A stretch of DNA of 64,000 bases from an uncultured Candidatus Rokubacteria bacterium (GCA_963771355.1 CAVYTA010000008.1:32001-96000); one strand, 5' to 3'. Shown: positions 52,127-63,310, counted from the first letter of the stretch. Notes: generated by a model from the letters alone, not told the origin. Numbers and translations are program-made.

Positions 52127-52840
52127 GTGGGCGCCATCCTCGAGGTCGAGAAGCTGGAAGCCTTCTACGGGCGCACGCAGGCTCTCCACGGCGTGAGCTT
52201 CGCGATGGAGGAAGGCGGGATCACCACCGTGCTCGGAGCCAACGGCGCGGGCAAGACCACCACCCTGCGCGCGATCTCCGCCATGGTGAAGACCCGGGGC
52301 TCCATCCGCTTCGGCGGCAAGCCCATCGAGGCCAAGGCCACCGAGCAGATCGTGGCCATGGGCATCGCGCACGTGCCGGAGGCACGCGGCACCTTCGTAG
52401 ACCTCACCGTGGAGGAGAATCTCCGCATCGGCATGTACGCGCGGCGTGACAAGCGCCACGCCGCGCGCGACATGGAGCGCGTGCTCGAGCTCTTCCCGAT
52501 CCTCCGCCAGCGGCGACGGCAGCTCGCCGGCACGCTCTCCGGCGGGGAGCAGCAGATGCTCGCGGTGGCGCGGGCGCTGATGCTGGGGCCGCGCCTCTTG
52601 CTGCTCGACGAGCCGTCGCTCGGGCTGGCGCCCCTGGTGGTCCGGGAGATCTTCCGCATCCTCCGCGCCATCAACCAGGAGTCGGGGGTCAGCATCCTGC
52701 TCGTGGAGCAGAACGCCTCGCTCGCCCTCGACCTCGCCGACCACGTGTTCCTGCTCGAGACCGGCCGCGTGGTGCTGTCCGGCACCTCGGACGTCCTCAA
52801 GAAGGACGACGCCATCCGCCGGTCCTATCTCGGATACTGA
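52127..52840 (+). CDS. ABC transporter ATP-binding protein (LivF-like)
   Basis: GANGAGKTT, LSGGEQQM, DEPSLGLAP, VEQN. Confidence 0.92.
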   Translation: MGAILEVEKLEAFYGRTQALHGVSFAMEEGGITTVLGANGAGKTTTLRAISAMVKTRGSIRFGGKPIEAKATEQIVAMGIAHVPEARGTFVDLTVEENLRIGMYARRDKRHAARDMERVLELFPILRQRRRQLAGTLSGGEQQMLAVARALMLGPRLLLLDEPSLGLAPLVVREIFRILRAINQESGVSILLVEQNASLALDLADHVFLLETGRVVLSGTSDVLKKDDAIRRSYLGY

Positions 52841-52847
52841 GGAGCGC

Positions 52848-53729
52848 ATGGACATTTTCGTTCAGCAGGTGATGTCCGGACTCGCCACCGGGGGAATCTA
52901 CGCGAGCCTGGCGCTGGCGCTGGTGATGATCTACCAGGCCACCGACGTGGTGAACTTCGCCCAGGGCGAGATGGCCATGTTCGCGACCTATCTCGCGTGG
53001 TCGATGCTCAACGCGGGAATGCCCTACTGGGGCGCCTTCCTGGCCACCCTCGCCATTGCCTTCGTGGGCGGCGTGGTCATCCAGCGCGTGATCATCCGGC
53101 CCGTCGAGAACAAGCCCATCCTCACCATCGTGATCGTGACGCTCGGCCTCCTCGTGATCTGCAACAGTGTGGCCGGCTGGGTCTGGACGTATCTCCAGAA
53201 GCCCTTTCCCAGTCCCTTCCCCCGCGAGCCCGTCCGGATGGGGAACATCGTGTTCGGCGCGCACGACCTAGGTGAGATCGCCGTCACCCTGGTGATGCTG
53301 GGCCTGCTCTTCGCGTTCTTCCGCTTCACGCCGCTCGGGTTGGCCATGCGCGCGGCCGCGCAAAACCCCGTGTCGAGCCGGCTCGCCGGGATCCGCGTGA
53401 GCTGGATGCTCGCGCTGGGCTGGGGGCTGGCCGCCACCTTCGGCGCGGTGGCCGGGCTCATGGTGGCGCCCATCCTCACCCTGGACCCCAACATGATGGG
53501 AGGCATCCAGATCTATGCCTTCGCGGCGGCCACCCTGGGCGGCTTCACGAGCCCGCTGGGCGCGGTGGTGGGCGGCTTCATGGTCGGGATCGTCGAGAAC
53601 CTCGTGGGCACCTACGTGTCCTTCATCGGCACCGAGCTCAAGCTCACGGTGGCCCTGGCCATGATCATCGTCGTGCTGCTGGTCAAGCCGAGCGGGCTCT
53701 TCGGTCGGACCGCGGCGCGCCGAGTCTAG
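52848..53729 (+). CDS. ABC transporter permease (LivH-like)
   Basis: VVNFAQGE, GLAMRAAAQN, KPSGLFG. Confidence 0.92.
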   Translation: MDIFVQQVMSGLATGGIYASLALALVMIYQATDVVNFAQGEMAMFATYLAWSMLNAGMPYWGAFLATLAIAFVGGVVIQRVIIRPVENKPILTIVIVTLGLLVICNSVAGWVWTYLQKPFPSPFPREPVRMGNIVFGAHDLGEIAVTLVMLGLLFAFFRFTPLGLAMRAAAQNPVSSRLAGIRVSWMLALGWGLAATFGAVAGLMVAPILTLDPNMMGGIQIYAFAAATLGGFTSPLGAVVGGFMVGIVENLVGTYVSFIGTELKLTVALAMIIVVLLVKPSGLFGRTAARRV

Positions 53730-53731
53730 CG

Positions 53732-54730
53732 ATGACTCGCCGCGCGAGCATCGTCCTCGCGGTGGTGGTGATCGGGATCGCCTTCTCGCTGCCGTTCTAC
53801 ATGAGCGGCTTCCGGCTCTTCCAGTTCACCCAGGTCTGTATTTACGCCATCGCGCTGATGGGCCTGAATCTCCTCACCGGCTACAACGGCCAGTTCTCTC
53901 TCGGCCACGGCGCCTTCTACGCCATCGGCGCCTACATCTCCGCCATCATGATGGACCGGTGGGCGATCGGGTACGGCTGGACTATCCCGGTGGCGGGGGT
54001 GCTCTGCCTGGTGGTGGGCTTTCTCTTCGGTCGCCCCGCACTGCGCCTCGAGGGGCTCTACCTCGCGCTGGCCACCTTCTCGCTCGCGCTGGCCGTCCCG
54101 CAGATCCTCAAGTACTTCGAGCACTGGACGGGCGGCTCGCAGGGCATCGTGCTCAGCAAGCCCAAGGCGCCCTGGGGCTTGAAGCTCACCGAGGACCAGT
54201 GGCTGTACCTGGTGACGCTCACCATCACCGTGATCATGTTCGTCCTCGCGGCCAACCTCGTGCGCAGCCGGATCGGCCGCGCTCTGGTGGCGATCCGGGA
54301 CAACCACATCGCCGCCGAGGCCATGGGCGTGGACAACGCCCTCGTCAAGTCGGTGACCTTCGGGGTGAGCGCGGCCTTTACCGGGGTGGCGGGGGCGCTG
54401 TCCGCGGTGGCCATCGCCTATGTCGCGCCCGACTCCTTCAACGTGTTCCTGTCCATCACCTTCCTCATCGGCATTGTTATCGGCGGCCTGGGGTCGATCT
54501 GGGGTAATGTGTTAGGAGCGCTCTTCATCCAGTTCGTCCCCAACTGGGCCCAGGACATCTCCAAGGCCGCCCCCTGGGCCATCTTCGGCATCTTCCTCAT
54601 CGGGTTCATGTACGTCATGCCCTACGGAATCGCGGGGGCGCTGAAGCGCCTCTGGATCCGGGCGGCCCGGCCGCGCGTTTCAGGGCAAGGAGGTGAAGCG
54701 GTCCCGCAGGCGCATTCCCCATCAGGCTGA
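53732..54730 (+). CDS. ABC transporter permease (LivM-like)
   Basis: GYNGQFSLGHGAF, YLALAT, IRDNHIAAEAMG. Confidence 0.92.
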   Translation: MTRRASIVLAVVVIGIAFSLPFYMSGFRLFQFTQVCIYAIALMGLNLLTGYNGQFSLGHGAFYAIGAYISAIMMDRWAIGYGWTIPVAGVLCLVVGFLFGRPALRLEGLYLALATFSLALAVPQILKYFEHWTGGSQGIVLSKPKAPWGLKLTEDQWLYLVTLTITVIMFVLAANLVRSRIGRALVAIRDNHIAAEAMGVDNALVKSVTFGVSAAFTGVAGALSAVAIAYVAPDSFNVFLSITFLIGIVIGGLGSIWGNVLGALFIQFVPNWAQDISKAAPWAIFGIFLIGFMYVMPYGIAGALKRLWIRAARPRVSGQGGEAVPQAHSPSG

Positions 54731-54751
54731 ACCATAACCAAGGAGGACAAC

Positions 54752-55969
54752 ATGATCGGACGAAAACTCCTCGTATTCGCGCTGGCCGGTGCCCTGATCG
54801 GCGTCGGGCTGGCGTCGGCCGTCAGCGCCCAGACCGTGGTCGGCGTGACGCCCACCGAGATCAAGATCGGCAATACCAACCCGTACAGCGGGCCCGCCTC
54901 GGCGTACGGCACCATCGGCAAGGCCATCGGCGCCTACTTCAAGAAGGTCAACGACGAGGGCGGCGTCAACGGGCGGAAGATCAACTACATCACGCTCGAC
55001 GACGGCTATAGCCCGCCGAAGGCGGTGGAGATGGTCCGCCGGCTCGTCGAGCAGGACCAGGTGGCGCTGCTCTTCCAGACTCTGGGCACGCCCACCAACT
55101 CCGCCATTCACAAGTACATGAACGAGAAGAAGGTGCCGCACCTCTTCGTGGCCACCGGCGCCACCAAGTGGAACGACCCCAAGAACTTCCCCTGGACCAT
55201 GGGCTTCCAGCCCAACTACCAGACGGAGGGGCGAGTCTACGCGTCTTACATCCTGAAGAACTTCCCCGACGCGAAGGTGGGCATCCTGTACCAGAACGAC
55301 GATTACGGCAAGGACTACCTCAAGGGCATGGAGGACGGGCTCGGCGCCGCCGCCTCCAAGCTCATCGTGCTGAAGCAGAGCCACGAGGTGACCGACCCGA
55401 CGATCGACTCGCAGATCATCAATCTGAAGAACGCGGGCGCCAACGTCTTCTTCAACGTCACCATCCCGAAGTTCGCGGTGCAGGCGATCAAGAAGGCGCA
55501 TGACATCGGCTGGAAGCCCACGCACTTCCTCAACAACGTGTCCAGCTCGCTGGCTACCGTGCTGAAGCCCGCCGGCCTCGAGGCCTCCAAGGGGCTCATC
55601 ACCGCGCTGTACATGAAGGAAGTCACCGATCCGCAGTGGAACAAGGACAAGGGCTACCTGGACTGGGTGGCGTTCATGAAGAAGTACTATCCTGAGGGCA
55701 ACCTCGAGGACCAGTCCAACGCCTACGGGTACAACGTGGCGATCCTGATGACCCAGGTCCTGAAGCAGTGCGGGAACGACTTCTCCCGCGAGAACATCAT
55801 GAAGCAGGCGGCCAACATCAAGGACTTCGAGCTTCCGCTGCTGCTGCCCGGCATGAAGATCAATACGAGCCCGACGGACCACGCGCCCATCGAGCAGGAG
55901 CAGCTCGCGAAGTTCGACGGGGAGCGGTGGGTGCTGTTCGGCGAGATCTTCGACGCCTTCCGGAAGTAG
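54752..55969 (+). CDS. Liv-family ABC substrate-binding protein
   Basis: Signal peptide; PYSGPASAYG, GGVNGRKI, DDGYSPPK, YQNDDYGKD; AAGGAGG RBS. Confidence 0.93.
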   Translation: MIGRKLLVFALAGALIGVGLASAVSAQTVVGVTPTEIKIGNTNPYSGPASAYGTIGKAIGAYFKKVNDEGGVNGRKINYITLDDGYSPPKAVEMVRRLVEQDQVALLFQTLGTPTNSAIHKYMNEKKVPHLFVATGATKWNDPKNFPWTMGFQPNYQTEGRVYASYILKNFPDAKVGILYQNDDYGKDYLKGMEDGLGAAASKLIVLKQSHEVTDPTIDSQIINLKNAGANVFFNVTIPKFAVQAIKKAHDIGWKPTHFLNNVSSSLATVLKPAGLEASKGLITALYMKEVTDPQWNKDKGYLDWVAFMKKYYPEGNLEDQSNAYGYNVAILMTQVLKQCGNDFSRENIMKQAANIKDFELPLLLPGMKINTSPTDHAPIEQEQLAKFDGERWVLFGEIFDAFRK

Positions 55970-55985
55970 CGGGTAGGGGAAACAC

Positions 55986-56026
55986 GATCGGGCGGGGTCG
56001 GCAGCGTTCGCCGGCCCCGCCCGATC
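55986..56026. terminator. GC-rich hairpin between convergent genes (possible bidirectional terminator)
   Basis: 17-bp stem GATCGGGCGGGGTCGGC / GCCGGCCCCGCCCGATC with one G-U pair; no strong U-tract. Confidence 0.5.
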
Positions 56027-56042
56027 AACCCGTCGCGGGAGC

Positions 56043-56321
56043 TTACTTGCTGGGCTGGTAGTAGGGGTTGCTGCCCGAGGCGTGGTCGGTGGTGTCGAGG
56101 ACTTCCTCGATCTCCGGGATCTCTTCCTTGATCAGCCGCTCGATGCCGGACTTGAGCGTCACGTCGGCGGCCCCGCAGCCCTGGCAGCCTCCGCCCATGG
56201 TGAGATACACCTTGTTGTCCTTGACGTCGATGAGATCCACGAAGCCTCCGTGGCCCGCCACCGCGGGATTGATCATCGAGTCGATCAGCTCCTGCACCTT
56301 GGTCTTGAGATCCTCGCTCAT
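56043..56321 (-). CDS. NifU/NfuA-type Fe-S cluster carrier (C-terminal domain)
   Basis: INPAVAGHGG, GGGCQGCG, DTTDHASGSNPYY; AAGGAGG RBS. Confidence 0.92.
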   Translation of the reverse strand: MSEDLKTKVQELIDSMINPAVAGHGGFVDLIDVKDNKVYLTMGGGCQGCGAADVTLKSGIERLIKEEIPEIEEVLDTTDHASGSNPYYQPSK

Positions 56322-56344
56322 ACCTGCCTCCTTGCGCAGCGCGT

Positions 56345-57796
56345 CTAGATCACTACTGTACTCGAATATCCGGTAAGGGCCAACTGGCCCTTGGTGGGCT
56401 CCGCTCAGCAGAACCAGGGCTCGGTGAGGCGGGGCGGGCGTCGACGGTCGGGGGCCAGGCGCGGCGCCAGGGGTGCCGGGGCGGGGGTGCCCGCCGCCGT
56501 CGCGGCGAGGGCGCGCACACGGTCGAAGGTGACGGCGGAATCCTCGGCGCGCGGGGCCGATTCGGCGATGAGCGCCGCCACGCCGGCCTGGAGCGTCTCC
56601 ATCCGCGGGTCCGGGTGCCGCCACGCGTAGGAGAAATCCGCCGCCACCAGCGCGCCCAGATACGGCCGCATGCCGGGGTGGTCCACCAGCCGCGAGCCGG
56701 GCGGCACCAGGAGCCGCAGCGAGTACTGCACCGGGTCCACGTGGTCCACGAGGTCGCGCGCCGCGACCCAGTCGAGCACCTCCACGAAGTCGCGGAGCGT
56801 CGTCCACGGCGTGAACGCCACCCAGGTGGGCCGCAGCGCGATGCCGGCCGCGCGAGTGGCGGCCAGCGCGACCTCCACGTCGGCACGCGTGTGCCCCTTG
56901 TCGAGATGCGCGAGCACGGTCTCGCTGAGGGACTCCACCGCAGACACCACGAAGAGGCAGCCGAGCGCGCCCAGCTCGGGCAGGTCGCCCGCGCGCCGGA
57001 GCAGGTGCTCGACTTTGGCGGTGAAGTCGAAGGTGACCCCGGGAAACTCACGGTGCAGGCGCCGGACGACCTCGAGGGCGTGGCCGGGACCGTTGAGGAA
57101 GTCGGGATCGCCGAAGGTGATATGCCCCGCGCCTGCCTCCACCTGTTGCGCCACGTCCTCCAGGACCACATCCGCGGGCACCACGAAGAAGCGGCCCCCA
57201 TAGACGGGCGGGATGGGGCAGTGGCGACAGAGGTGCTTGCAGCCGCGGCTGGCCTCGACGTAGCCCACGGGGATCTGGCGCCCGTCGTGCTCGAGCCGCG
57301 CATAGGTCTTGAGCGCGGGCAGCGCAGCGCGGCTGGGCCGCGGCAGCGTGGGCCGTGCGATGTGGGGGCCCGCGGGCTGGCCCACGCGGCGCACCCCGGG
57401 GAGGGGGCCCGCCCGGCCGGACTCGAGCGCTTCCACGAGTGCGGCCAGCGGCTCCTCCACCTCGCCGCCGATCACGCTGTCGGCGCCATGGGCGAGCAGG
57501 TGCTCGGCGTTGAGCGTGGCGTAGAGCCCGTAGAAGCACACGTGAACGCCGGGATTGAGCCGCCGCACCCGCTCCGCCACGGTGATGCCCACGCGCAGCG
57601 CGGTGTGCATGGGTACGGAGATGGCGACCAGGCGCGCGCGGCGCACCTTCTCGGCGTCGAGGGGTTCGACCGAGATGTCGAGGACGGCGGGGGCGAACCC
57701 GCGCTGCTCGAGCACCGCCGCCGGCCAGGCCACCGCCAGCGGCTGGTGGCCCAGCTCGTAGCAGGCGATCAGCAACACAGCCCCGTGATCTCTCAC
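56345..57796 (-). CDS. CUAEP-tail B12-binding/radical SAM selenoprotein (UGA at 56407-56405 read as Sec; 483 aa)
   Basis: CKHLCRHC radical SAM motif; ...PRLTEPWFC-TGA-AEPTKG...; downstream SECIS-like hairpin; true stop TAG at 56347-56345. Confidence 0.85.
56375..56392 (-). promoter_or_regulatory. Putative bacterial SECIS element
   Basis: AAGGGCC-AGUU-GGCCCUU hairpin starting 12 nt 3' of the in-frame UGA, with GU in the apical loop. Confidence 0.7.
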
Positions 57797-57820
57797 GGAG
57801 CCGAGTCTACACCCTCGCCG

Positions 57821-58114
57821 CTAGGAGTAACTCGGCTCGGCGGGCAGCGGCAGCGGCGCGCGCAGGCGCGGGAGCGCCTCGTTCAGCACACGCCCGAGGC
57901 CATCGGCGAGGACGTCCGCCAGCTGGCCACGCTCGCGCCGCAGGCTGTCGTTCTCGCTCTGCAGGGCGTCGAGCTCGCGCCGGAGCTCGTTGACCTCCTG
58001 GAGGAGCCGGTTCGAGGCGCGCTCGGTGGCCTCGAGCCGGGCGCACAGGCGGTCCTGCTCGGTGAGGAGCCGGGTGATGCGAATCCGGGCGTCGTGGAAG
58101 TCCAGGTCGTCCAT
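57821..58114 (-). CDS. Small coiled-coil hypothetical protein
   Basis: Heptad-rich LLQEVNELRRELDALQSENDSLRRER; ATG 7 nt after TACACT. Confidence 0.7.
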   Translation of the reverse strand: MDDLDFHDARIRITRLLTEQDRLCARLEATERASNRLLQEVNELRRELDALQSENDSLRRERGQLADVLADGLGRVLNEALPRLRAPLPLPAEPSYS

Positions 58115-58199
58115 GGCCGGCAGTGTAGCACAGGATGGGGTGCAAGCCATGCATCCTACCGTATCTAGGGGGCAGGGCCCTGTGCTAGCCTCGAAGGCC

Positions 58200-59405
58200 A
58201 TGGCCGCCCGCCCCGCCGCGCTCGCCTTCATCTTCGTCACCGTCGTGCTCGACATGCTCGCGCTCGGCGTGATCATTCCGGTGCTGCCGCGGCTGGTGGT
58301 CAGCTTCCTCGGTGGGGACACCGCCCGCGCGGCGGAGATCTACGGCGTCTTCGGCACCGTGTGGGCGCTGATGCAGTTCGTGTCTTCTCCGGTGCTCGGC
58401 GCGCTGTCGGATCGCTGGGGCCGGCGGCCCGTCATCCTGCTCTCCAATCTCGGGCTGGGTCTCGACTACGTGCTGATGGCGCTGGCGCCCACGCTCACCT
58501 GGCTCTTCGTGGGCCGGGTGATTTCCGGCGTCACCGCGGCCAGCGTCAGCATCGCGGGCGCCTATATCGCCGACGTCACCCCGCCCGAGCAGCGCGCGCG
58601 GGGGTTCGGCATGATCGGCGCCGCGTTCGGCGTCGGGTTCATCTTGGGTCCCGCGCTGGGCGGCGTGCTGGGGGTGGTGGATCCGCGGCTGCCCTTCTGG
58701 GTGGCGGCGGGCTTGAGCCTGCTCAACGCGCTCTACGGTTACTTCGTGCTGCCGGAGTCCTTGCCGCGGGAGCGGCGCGCGCCCCTTCGGTGGCGGCGCG
58801 CCAATCCGCTGGGGGCCCTCGGCCTCCTCGGCTCGCACCGGGAGCTCGGCGGCCTCGCCATTGTCCATTTCATCGGCCGGGTGGCGCACGAGGTGCTGCC
58901 GAGCGTCTTCGTCCTCTACGCGGGCTATCGCTACGGATGGGACGAGCGAGCCCTGGGGCTCTTTCTCGCCGCGGTGGGGCTGTCCACCATGATCGTCTCG
59001 GGACGCCTCGTGCACCCGATCGTCAGCCGGCTGGGCGAGCGCTGGGCGCTGCTCCTGGCCCTGGCCTGCGGCGCCGTCGGCTTCGCGATCTACGGGCTCG
59101 CGTCGGTGGGAGTGGTGGCCCTGCTCGCGGTGCCCATCCACGCGCTCTGGGGCCTGGGGAGCCCGGCCGCGCAGGGCCTGATGACCCGCCGCGTGCCGGC
59201 CTCGGAGCAGGGGCAGCTCCAGGGCGCGCTGTCGAGCCTGGGCGGGATCGCCGGGCTCATCGGCCCCGGCCTCTTCACGCTGACCTTCGCGTGGTTCCTC
59301 GGCGCGCGCGGCGGGATCGCCTTGCCCGGCGCGCCGCTCCTCCTCGCCGCGCTCCTGATGCTGGTCTCGCTCGCGGTCGCGTGGCGCGCAACTCGCGCGC
59401 GTTAG
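58200..59405 (+). CDS. TCR/TetA-family MFS efflux transporter
   Basis: LDMLALGVIIPVLP, GALSDRWGRRPV, AYIADVT, GFILGPALGG, LPES, EQGQLQG. Confidence 0.9.
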   Translation: MAARPAALAFIFVTVVLDMLALGVIIPVLPRLVVSFLGGDTARAAEIYGVFGTVWALMQFVSSPVLGALSDRWGRRPVILLSNLGLGLDYVLMALAPTLTWLFVGRVISGVTAASVSIAGAYIADVTPPEQRARGFGMIGAAFGVGFILGPALGGVLGVVDPRLPFWVAAGLSLLNALYGYFVLPESLPRERRAPLRWRRANPLGALGLLGSHRELGGLAIVHFIGRVAHEVLPSVFVLYAGYRYGWDERALGLFLAAVGLSTMIVSGRLVHPIVSRLGERWALLLALACGAVGFAIYGLASVGVVALLAVPIHALWGLGSPAAQGLMTRRVPASEQGQLQGALSSLGGIAGLIGPGLFTLTFAWFLGARGGIALPGAPLLLAALLMLVSLAVAWRATRAR

Positions 59406-59435
59406 TCGGCCGCGGGGGCTCGTCGGCCGCGCGAG

Positions 59436-60397
<962 letters not shown>

Positions 60398-60401
<4 letters not shown>

Positions 60402-61390
60402 GCCTTCCTCGCGGGCTCGGCGTGCACGGCGAGCCAGCAGCGGCCGAAGTGGGCGGGGGAGACGGTGATGTCGGGCGGCGCCTCCTCGTGGCAGCGGTCC
60501 ATCACCTCGGGACAGCGCGGATGGAAGGCGCAGCCGGTGGGGAGGGCAGCGAGGTCGGGCGGCTGTCCTTCGATGGCGGTGAGCCGCCGGCGCGAATCGC
60601 TCATGCGCGGGATCGACTCCAGGAGGGCCCGGGTATAGGGATGCGCGGGCGCGTCGAAGATCTCCTTCACCGGGCCCACCTCCACCATGCGCCCCGCGTA
60701 CATCACCGCCACCCGGTCGCACATCTTGGCCACGATACCGAGGTTGTGGGTGATGAAGATGAGGGCGAGGCCGTGGGCTCTCTGCAGCTCGCGCAGGAGG
60801 TTCAGGTACTGCGCCTGGATGGTGAGATCGAGGCTGGTGGTCGGCTCGTCGGCGATGAGGAGACGCGGCTCGCAGGAGATGCCGATGGCCCCGACGATGC
60901 GCTGGCGCATGCCCCCCGACATCTGGTGGGGATACTCCTTCACACGGGCCTCGGGGGCGGGGATTTTCACGGAGCGCAGCAGCTCGCGCGCGCGCGCCCA
61001 GGCGCTCTTGCGGGAGGCGTGCTCGTGGACGCGGAGCGGCTCGGCCACCTGGTTCCCGATCGTGAAGAGGGGGTTGAGCGAGGCCAAAGGGTCCTGCAGG
61101 ATCATCGCGATCCGCTGGCCCCGCACCTTGCGCATCTCCTTGTCCGACAGGGCCAGCAGATCGCGGCCCTCGAAACGGACCTCGCCCGAGACGAAGCGCG
61201 CCGCGGTGGGCAGGAGCCGCAGCAGCGAGAGCGCCAGCGTGGTCTTGCCCGACCCCGATTCGCCCACGATGCCCAGCGTCTCGCCCGCGTCGAGCGAGAA
61301 GGACACCTCGTCCACCGCGCGGTTGACGCGGGCGCCCCGCGCGGTGACGTAGTGCACCCCGAGATTCCGGATCTCCAGGAGCGGGCTCAA
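60398..61390 (-). CDS. Oligopeptide/dipeptide ABC transporter ATP-binding protein (DppD-like)
   Basis: [33 protein letters not shown]. Confidence 0.93.
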
Positions 61391-61491
61391 TGCGAGATCA
61401 CGAAGGCGAGCGCGAGGATGCCGAGCCCGATGAGCAGATCGAGCACGCCCTTGAAGCGGAAGGACCGGCGCGGGGGATCCGGCTCGCTCAT
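61387..61491 (-). CDS. Putative 34-aa single-TM peptide within the ABC operon
   Basis: [38 protein letters not shown] overlap with dppC-like stop and TTGA overlap with dppD-like start. Confidence 0.6.
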   Translation of the reverse strand: MSEPDPPRRSFRFKGVLDLLIGLGILALAFVISH

Positions 61492-62393
61492 AGCTGGCGA
61501 AGCTGGGGGTCGAGCTTGACCCGCAGCCAGTCTCCGAGGAGGTTGGCGGACAGCACCATCAGCATGATGCAGCACCCCGGCAGCACGGTGAGCCACCAGT
61601 ACCCGGCCATCAGGCCCTTCTTACCGTCGGCCAGCATGAGGCCCCAGGCCGGCAGCGGCGGCGGTACGCCCACCCCGAGGAAGGACAGCGCCGCCTCCGT
61701 CACGATGACCACGCCCAGCATGAGGGTGCCCAGCACGATGGCCGAGTTCAGCACGTTGGGCAGGATGTGCTTGCGCATGATCGTGCGCTTGGAGCAGCCC
61801 GCCACGATGGCCAGGCGCACGAAGTCGCGCTCCTTCAGCGAGAGCACCTCGCCGCGGATGACGCGGGCGTAGCGGGTCCAGTAGATCGCCCCCAGGATGA
61901 TGACGATGTTCATGACCCCGGGACCCCGGATGGCAGCCAGGAAGATGGCGAAGGTCAGGGCGGGCAGGGCGAGCCAGGTGTCGGTCACGCGCATGATCAC
62001 CTGGTCCACCCACCCGCCGAGGTAGCCGGAGAGGATGCCCAGCGAGGTGCCGATCACCCCCGCCACGAGGACGGCGGTGAAGCCCACGATCATGGACACG
62101 CGGGCGCCGAAGATCAGCCGCGCGAGCACGTCCCGCCCGAGGTGGTCCGTGCCGAGGAGATTCTCGGCGCGTCCCCCCGTCTGCCAGGCGGGCGGCTTGA
62201 AGCGATCGCCCAGGCTGCCCACCTCCGGATCGAAGGGGGTGATGACGTTGGCGAAGATCGCCACCAGCATGAGGACGACCAGGATGCCGGTAGCGATGTA
62301 GGGAAAACCGCTCGCGCGAAGCGTGGACATCCGCGAGCCGACGATCAGCTCCCCTCCTCCACTCTCTCGAAGCGCGGCTTCGGTGGTGCTCAT
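61488..62393 (-). CDS. Peptide ABC transporter permease (DppC-like)
   Basis: LGTDHLGRDV, RHILPN-like KHILPN, EAALSFLG, NLLGDWLR. Confidence 0.93.
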   Translation of the reverse strand: MSTTEAALRESGGGELIVGSRMSTLRASGFPYIATGILVVLMLVAIFANVITPFDPEVGSLGDRFKPPAWQTGGRAENLLGTDHLGRDVLARLIFGARVSMIVGFTAVLVAGVIGTSLGILSGYLGGWVDQVIMRVTDTWLALPALTFAIFLAAIRGPGVMNIVIILGAIYWTRYARVIRGEVLSLKERDFVRLAIVAGCSKRTIMRKHILPNVLNSAIVLGTLMLGVVIVTEAALSFLGVGVPPPLPAWGLMLADGKKGLMAGYWWLTVLPGCCIMLMVLSANLLGDWLRVKLDPQLRQL

Positions 62394-63310
62394 CGGTCGT
62401 ACCGGATGCGGGGGTCGATCACCGCGTAGAGCACGTCCACGAGGAGGTTCACGAAGACGATCATGGCGCCCCCCAGGAGGACGGTGGCCTGCACCACCGG
62501 GAAGTCGCGGAAGGAAATGCCTTCGTACAGCAGCCGTCCGATGCCGGGCCACGCGAAGACGGTCTCCACTACCACCGCCACGTTGACCATGATGACGAGG
62601 TTGATGCCGGCCAGGGTGAGCACGGGGATGAGCGCGTTCTTGAACGCGTGCTTGCCGATGACGAGGGCCTCCGGGAGGCCCTTGATGCGCGCGAGCTTGA
62701 CGTATTCCGAGCCCAGCACCTCCAGCATGGACGAGCGCGTGAGGCGCATGTGGGCGGCGGCGAAGTACCAGCCGAGCGCGAAGGCGGGCATCATCAGGTG
62801 CCACACGGTGCCCGAGCCCGAGGAGGGCAGCCAGCCGAGGTAGACGGAGAAGAAGAGGATCATCACCAGGCCGACCCAGAAGGAGGGGAGCGACAGCCCC
62901 AGCAGGGCGAAGATCTTGCCCGCGCTGTCCCACCACTGGTTCACCCGCACCGCCGCGATGATGCCGGTGGGGATGCCGATGAGGAGCGACAAGGCCATGG
63001 CGGCGCCCGCGAGCAGCAGCGAGTTCGGCAGGCGGGAGAGGTAGAGCTCGAGGACGGGGGTCCGGTAGTAGAAGGACTGGCCGAAGTCGCCCCGGAGGAG
63101 GTTCGACACGAAGGTCCCGTACTGCACCCAGATCGGCCGGTCGAGCCCGAGCTGCGTGCGGATGGCCTCGAGGTCCGCCTTGCTCGCCCCCGGCTCCACC
63201 AGGAGGACGGCGGGATCCCCGGTGAGCCGGACGAACAGGAAGATGGTGAGGGAGAGCAGGGCCAGCGACACCAGCGCGTAGCCCAATCGTTTCAGGATGA
63301 ATCGCTTCAT
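62390..63310 (-). CDS. Peptide ABC transporter permease (DppB-like)
   Basis: LGLDRPIWVQY, PSFW, RLTRSSMLEVL, ETVFAWPGIG, DPRIRY. Confidence 0.94.
   Translation of the reverse strand: MKRFILKRLGYALVSLALLSLTIFLFVRLTGDPAVLLVEPGASKADLEAIRTQLGLDRPIWVQYGTFVSNLLRGDFGQSFYYRTPVLELYLSRLPNSLLLAGAAMALSLLIGIPTGIIAAVRVNQWWDSAGKIFALLGLSLPSFWVGLVMILFFSVYLGWLPSSGSGTVWHLMMPAFALGWYFAAAHMRLTRSSMLEVLGSEYVKLARIKGLPEALVIGKHAFKNALIPVLTLAGINLVIMVNVAVVVETVFAWPGIGRLLYEGISFRDFPVVQATVLLGGAMIVFVNLLVDVLYAVIDPRIRYDR

Noticed and set aside
58200..59405. Acquired tetracycline resistance gene
   Set aside because: Only family-level similarity; no tetR or mobile context, and composition matches the host
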